20,000 nt of DNA from an uncultured virus (IMG/VR IMGVR_UViG_3300032322_002907). Lineage: Duplodnaviria > Heunggongvirae > Uroviricota > Caudoviricetes. The translations under genes and the position numbers were made by a program. The notes below the pieces were generated by a model. The model ran no database searches and had not been told where the DNA came from. It was given only the letters and a program-made list of their open reading frames with translations. Position 1 is the stretch's first letter. The number at the start of each line of letters is the position of its first letter. Of this stretch, positions 16,600 to 20,000 are shown piece after piece. The DNA lies in IMG/VR virus record IMGVR_UViG_3300032322_002907; one strand, written 5' to 3'.

Positions 16600-17145
16600 T
16601 TATAGACCTACATATTGTTTAAATTGCATATGTTTAAGGCGAGTAGGCTTAGCTTCTAACCCAGCCGAAACCGCAGCGTGCATGTCTTTTGTTGATTGCA
16701 TCATCTTCATTTCAGCATCAGATTGAACACCTATAAGTTTTTCGAATGCAATTTTTGCTTTTGGACACATATCAAGATTTTGTGTCTTAGTATTCAGATA
16801 AGAAATTTGCGAAGAAGCTGCGCTTTGCTCTTGCAGTCGTTGTTTTTGTGCAGTACTCATAAGTAAAAACGGAATTTTCATTGATTCTTCTCCAAACCTT
16901 TCTTTGTACCTTTTCGTGTAAATCGATTCTTTCGTTTTTGCACCTTTATCACCAGGGGCGGGTGTATACGCTGCAGGATTATCGTCTGCCATCTTACTTG
17001 TTTTATTCCAGTGCGCTTTTCTTGCCAATTGTGTTTCGTGGGACAAATTACCTGAATACTTTTTACTTATACCTGATCGATTTCTTGGATTCTTTTTGTA
17101 AGAACCTGATGCCGTCTTATATTTATTTTCTTTTGAATTTGTCAT
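16600..17145 (-). CDS. modular basic protein (181 aa), N-terminal part DUF5824-like
   Basis: KKY..LS.....RKAHW...DD.PAAY.PAPGD..AKTK.S.YT..YK..FGE module, followed by an EES linker and a second module. Confidence 0.65.
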   Translation of the reverse strand: MTNSKENKYKTASGSYKKNPRNRSGISKKYSGNLSHETQLARKAHWNKTSKMADDNPAAYTPAPGDKGAKTKESIYTKRYKERFGEESMKIPFLLMSTAQKQRLQEQSAASSQISYLNTKTQNLDMCPKAKIAFEKLIGVQSDAEMKMMQSTKDMHAAVSAGLEAKPTRLKHMQFKQYVGL

Positions 17146-18608
17146 TTTCTTTCCAAAGGTATTGTGCCTGCTGCTATTCCAGATTTAACCTTTTTCATTA
17201 ATTTAGTAGCTTCGGGCCTTGAAAACATGGGACCAAGATGTTTGTGAAATGTTTCAACATCACCCTCAAACGCAGCTTTACGCATCTTAGTGCCGCTCAT
17301 GCCATGAGATCTATTTTCATCAGTGGGATAGTGTGTATGAACCTCATCAAACGATTTACCTTCCATCTCTTTGACTTTGCCTTTTTGTAGGCTATCTTTA
17401 ATACCTTCAATGAATTTTTTACGATCAGATCCTCCAACCAGATGGAGAACCTTTTTTCCTTCTGGTAATGAATCATGTGCTTTTCTAATCACTTCTCCCA
17501 TCCCCGTGATTACATGTGCTTGAACTTTGTCATTTTTGCGTGACCATTGCCTTTCAAGAATATTGCCACGCTCTTGGGGAGTAAATGCTTCTGCCTTGCT
17601 CGATATGCCTACAAACTTTTTACCGGGCAACGCCATCATTGTGTCACCTAAATCTTTTGCGTGTCCCATATGTGAAAAGGGACTAAATCCCGCCATAGGC
17701 ACTACTGTAGCATGATGACCCGCATCAGTTTCTTCATTAACGGCAGATTTGATACCAAGGACAGAACCCAAATGTTTTATTGCATTCGATGAATTGATCT
17801 TCTTATGCTTCTTCATATCAGAAGAAAATTTGTCAAATATCTCTTGATGTCTTTCTTGCGGGACATGTGCCTTAATTGCTTGTGCAACTTGATGAAAGGA
17901 TTGAATGTGCTCCCCTTTCACCTTTGACCCGAAAAGGGTCTTAGCAATATGATCTGGATTGTTGTTCCATTTATCTTCACCGCCACGAGGAGACAATCCA
18001 TGTAGAATTGAGAACTTGTGTGTAGATCCCCCAGCAGCATTTAAAAGTATTTTATGATGAGCACCTTTTATTCCTGCTTTTGTATCATCCCAATGTGAAC
18101 TGTGTGAAAACTTAGCAAATTCTGTAGGTTCATCTTTATGATATTCAGTGCCCTCAAAGTCAACTTGATGTACTTGACCGTTTTCATGTTTCATCAGCAC
18201 ATGATGTTCACCGCCACCTTTGCTATAACCCGCAACAGTATACTTCCCGTAAGTAGAGCCTTTTTGCAAATGTGGTTGCAATGCATCAAAATGCTTTTTG
18301 TCTACCTTTACGTCAGCATCACCCATTTCAGATTTATGCTTGACCAATTCTTTATCAGAGATTTTCTTATCAAAAAGGTGCGCTGTAGATCCCGAGAAGG
18401 CACTTCCTGTATTTAATGCCTTTTTCCCTTTTCCAAAGATTTCGCCCCCTGTGTGCGACTTAACTGTATCATGCAATGCACTCATCATCCCATGTAAATC
18501 AGATTGAACTTGATGCCTATTCTTGTCTGTTACCTTTATAGGTGCCGCAGATACATCATCAACAACAAGATTGCCCCCCTCTAAAATATAACCCTTAAAC
18601 GTTTTCAT
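17142..18608 (-). CDS. CTS-bearing fusion of a pol-beta-like nucleotidyltransferase and a HIGH-motif (cytidylyltransferase-like) domain (488 aa)
   Basis: Start set at ATG 18608 (MKTFKGYILE). N-domain has GS...GDAD(V) and QVDF. After a VNEE linker (~17735), the C-domain has GFSPFSHMGH, LVGGSDR and GMSGTKMRKAA. Confidence 0.7.
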   Translation of the reverse strand: MKTFKGYILEGGNLVVDDVSAAPIKVTDKNRHQVQSDLHGMMSALHDTVKSHTGGEIFGKGKKALNTGSAFSGSTAHLFDKKISDKELVKHKSEMGDADVKVDKKHFDALQPHLQKGSTYGKYTVAGYSKGGGEHHVLMKHENGQVHQVDFEGTEYHKDEPTEFAKFSHSSHWDDTKAGIKGAHHKILLNAAGGSTHKFSILHGLSPRGGEDKWNNNPDHIAKTLFGSKVKGEHIQSFHQVAQAIKAHVPQERHQEIFDKFSSDMKKHKKINSSNAIKHLGSVLGIKSAVNEETDAGHHATVVPMAGFSPFSHMGHAKDLGDTMMALPGKKFVGISSKAEAFTPQERGNILERQWSRKNDKVQAHVITGMGEVIRKAHDSLPEGKKVLHLVGGSDRKKFIEGIKDSLQKGKVKEMEGKSFDEVHTHYPTDENRSHGMSGTKMRKAAFEGDVETFHKHLGPMFSRPEATKLMKKVKSGIAAGTIPLERK

Positions 18609-19551
18609 CAGTAGGCCTTTTTGACTTAATATTTTTTGCATCGTCAGATGCTCTGTATTTTCTAAAAGCGTCGCTTGTTACTTTAAAACGAGGTGCATCT
18701 GCGTTTTTATTGGTGGGATGAATAACAGCACCTTCAGTTCCCGATCCCCACTTAGGTGCAATGTTTAAACTTTTTACGTGCTCATCAACCTTTGCAGAAA
18801 CAGCAGTTTTAATTTTGTTGAACTTTTCAGTTTCTGCTTCCTTGTCGGATTTATTAGTTTTAGTTGTTCTTGCTTTTAGAAGATCGTGGTTAAGTGACTT
18901 AAATGCCTTGTGTTCTGTTGACACATTAACCGAACCACCTTTGTGCTTGATAATATCATCGTCGAAGTTTATGTCTTTATCAGAAAGTTTTTTAAATTCT
19001 TCTGGATTGTGTTGAGCGTTTTCGGGTAGCTTCGTATGCAAAACAAATTTCCCTACCGTGCCCATATGAGAAGGATCATAGGATGTTCCCACAAATTTGA
19101 CTTCGCCCTTCTTTGTATCACTTGGGCGAGCCCAGGGCTTATAGAATGATTCACCTCTAACCTTAACTTCTTCACCTGTTGTTTTGTGTTTTTTACCAAG
19201 GTATGATTGAAGTTTTTCATTACCTTGCAGAATTTTGTGTATATGCCCAAACGCCTTCGGTGCTGTTAGATCAAGAGGCTTACCTGTTTCTTGTGATCTT
19301 CTTTTGGCCCGGTCAGCGTAATCTTCAGGCTTTCGCATCTTCTCATTACCTGAACCTGATGATTGGGTATAAAATCCATGCTCATCATGCCCCATCATCA
19401 TGGTTTGCCCATCAGTTTTTTCAGTAACATCATCAAAATGAATCTTACCTGTTTTGGTCAGATTATGAAACTGTTCATGATCCATCGTAGTGATATGAGG
19501 TAGTCCCTGGCGTATCGACTCATTAAGTGTAAAAAATCTGAAAGTTAGCAT
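18595..19551 (-). CDS. CTS-bearing RNA-ligase-like (KxDG) nucleotidyltransferase-domain protein, DUF6267-like (318 aa)
   Basis: MLTFRFFTLNE start; motif I TEKTDG, motif III VRGESF, motif IV EGAVI, motif V RFKV; the protein ends soon after motif V, so there is no OB domain. Confidence 0.65.
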   Translation of the reverse strand: MLTFRFFTLNESIRQGLPHITTMDHEQFHNLTKTGKIHFDDVTEKTDGQTMMMGHDEHGFYTQSSGSGNEKMRKPEDYADRAKRRSQETGKPLDLTAPKAFGHIHKILQGNEKLQSYLGKKHKTTGEEVKVRGESFYKPWARPSDTKKGEVKFVGTSYDPSHMGTVGKFVLHTKLPENAQHNPEEFKKLSDKDINFDDDIIKHKGGSVNVSTEHKAFKSLNHDLLKARTTKTNKSDKEAETEKFNKIKTAVSAKVDEHVKSLNIAPKWGSGTEGAVIHPTNKNADAPRFKVTSDAFRKYRASDDAKNIKSKRPTDENV

Positions 19552-19682
19552 ATGAAATCCTGTTTACTTTTATTTATTAATAGATCTCTCGCCATCACGT
19601 AGTAGATCTTGCGCCAATCCTGCCCGCTCTTCTGGACGCCGGGATCCCGCTGGACAATCTCTTGTGTAGAAAGTTCTCCCAT
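19545..19682 (-). pseudogene. short ORF (45 aa), possibly a truncated gene at a compositional junction
   Basis: MGELSTQEIVQRDPGVQKSGQDWRKIYYVMARDLLINKSKQDFIC*, with a TAAGG SD. Codons are GC-rich up to ~19582, then the frame runs through the AT-rich promoter of the next gene. Confidence 0.45.
19571..19578 (-). promoter_or_regulatory. T4 late-promoter-like AATAAATA
   Basis: TTAATAAATAAAAGTAAACAGGATTTCATATG: about 20 nt upstream of the first CTS-bearing gene, with an AGGA SD. Confidence 0.55.
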
Positions 19683-19711
19683 TACGTGGCCTTATTTCGT
19701 CAGATCTCAGA

Positions 19712-19999
19712 TTACCGACTGATTTCTTCCCAGTCCACAGAACCGAGAACTTGATTACCGTTGGACGCCCCCGCGCAAGCTAGCGTAATCTCATAGGCTG
19801 TCGGGGTAAAAGGGTCACGCTCAAGCTGGGTTGTGAACAACGCCTCTTTAAGAATGTCCACGCTGTTGGACCCTTGATTGGAGCCTTGGAAAAAGCCCGT
19901 CGCCAAGATGCGTCCGGTGCCGACAGTAAACGCTGTGCCGGTAATGTTGTATTCCACCGCCGAGTTAGTGCCTGCGCTCACCCAAGTGCCGCCGGTTGT
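19712..19999 (-). CDS. C-terminal part of a probable virion structural protein (starts beyond the window)
   Basis: Frame is open to the window edge (TTGGTWVSAGTNSAVEYNITGT...QLERDPFT...LGSVDWEEISR*); Gly/Thr/Ser-rich beta-type sequence. Confidence 0.65.
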   Translation of the reverse strand, partial: TTGGTWVSAGTNSAVEYNITGTAFTVGTGRILATGFFQGSNQGSNSVDILKEALFTTQLERDPFTPTAYEITLACAGASNGNQVLGSVDWEEISR

Positions 20000-20000
20000 G

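Noticed and set aside
13744..17127. Additional AATAAATA octamers at about 13744 and 17120
   Set aside because: They are inside coding sequence (NKY codons) with no nearby downstream start, and are expected by chance in AT-rich DNA.
524..19427. All plus-strand ORFs in the supplied track and short nested minus-strand ORFs (e.g. 4164-4400, 6586-6804, 8906-9208)
   Set aside because: They lie antisense to, or out of frame within, well-supported minus-strand genes and show no recognisable motifs; treated as shadow ORFs.
1..20000. Stop-codon reassignment
   Set aside because: Known genes are full length in the standard code, and TAA, TAG and TGA all end genes at expected positions.
1..20000. tRNA or other structured RNA genes
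   Set aside because: Intergenic gaps are all about 80 bp or shorter, and I saw no cloverleaf or T-loop signature; a tRNAscan/Infernal run would be needed to exclude them formally.

Overview
A 20-kb segment of a large T4-like (Tevenvirinae/Kyanoviridae-like) myophage genome with all convincing genes on the minus strand. In transcription order (right to left) there are four blocks. (1) A GC-richer end fragment carries the C-terminus of a probable virion protein and a seemingly truncated small ORF. (2) A ~9-kb probable late cluster encodes modular, probably head-packaged proteins with T4-type capsid-targeting N-termini and acidic prohead-protease-like linkers. It includes a ligase-like KxDG protein, a pol-beta-like NTase fused to a HIGH-motif NTase, DUF5824/DUF6321-like modules and a Dps ferritin. 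(3) A replication and nucleotide-metabolism block holds gp61 primase, thyX, a MazG-like NTP-PPase, nrdA, an unknown ORF, thioredoxin, nrdB, dCMP deaminase, a Zn-ribbon ORF and a DenA-like GIY-YIG nuclease. (4) Small early ORFs follow sigma70-type promoters flanked by a repeated TGTTG-N8-CAACA palindrome, then a WYL_2-like ORF, a conserved hypothetical gene and the 5' part of RNase H. The most notable observations are the candidate injected three-fold nucleotidyltransferase module, the polyprotein-like head proteins, and two hairpins that bury the start codons of the primase and the nuclease. Family names come from motif recognition and memory, not from database searches.
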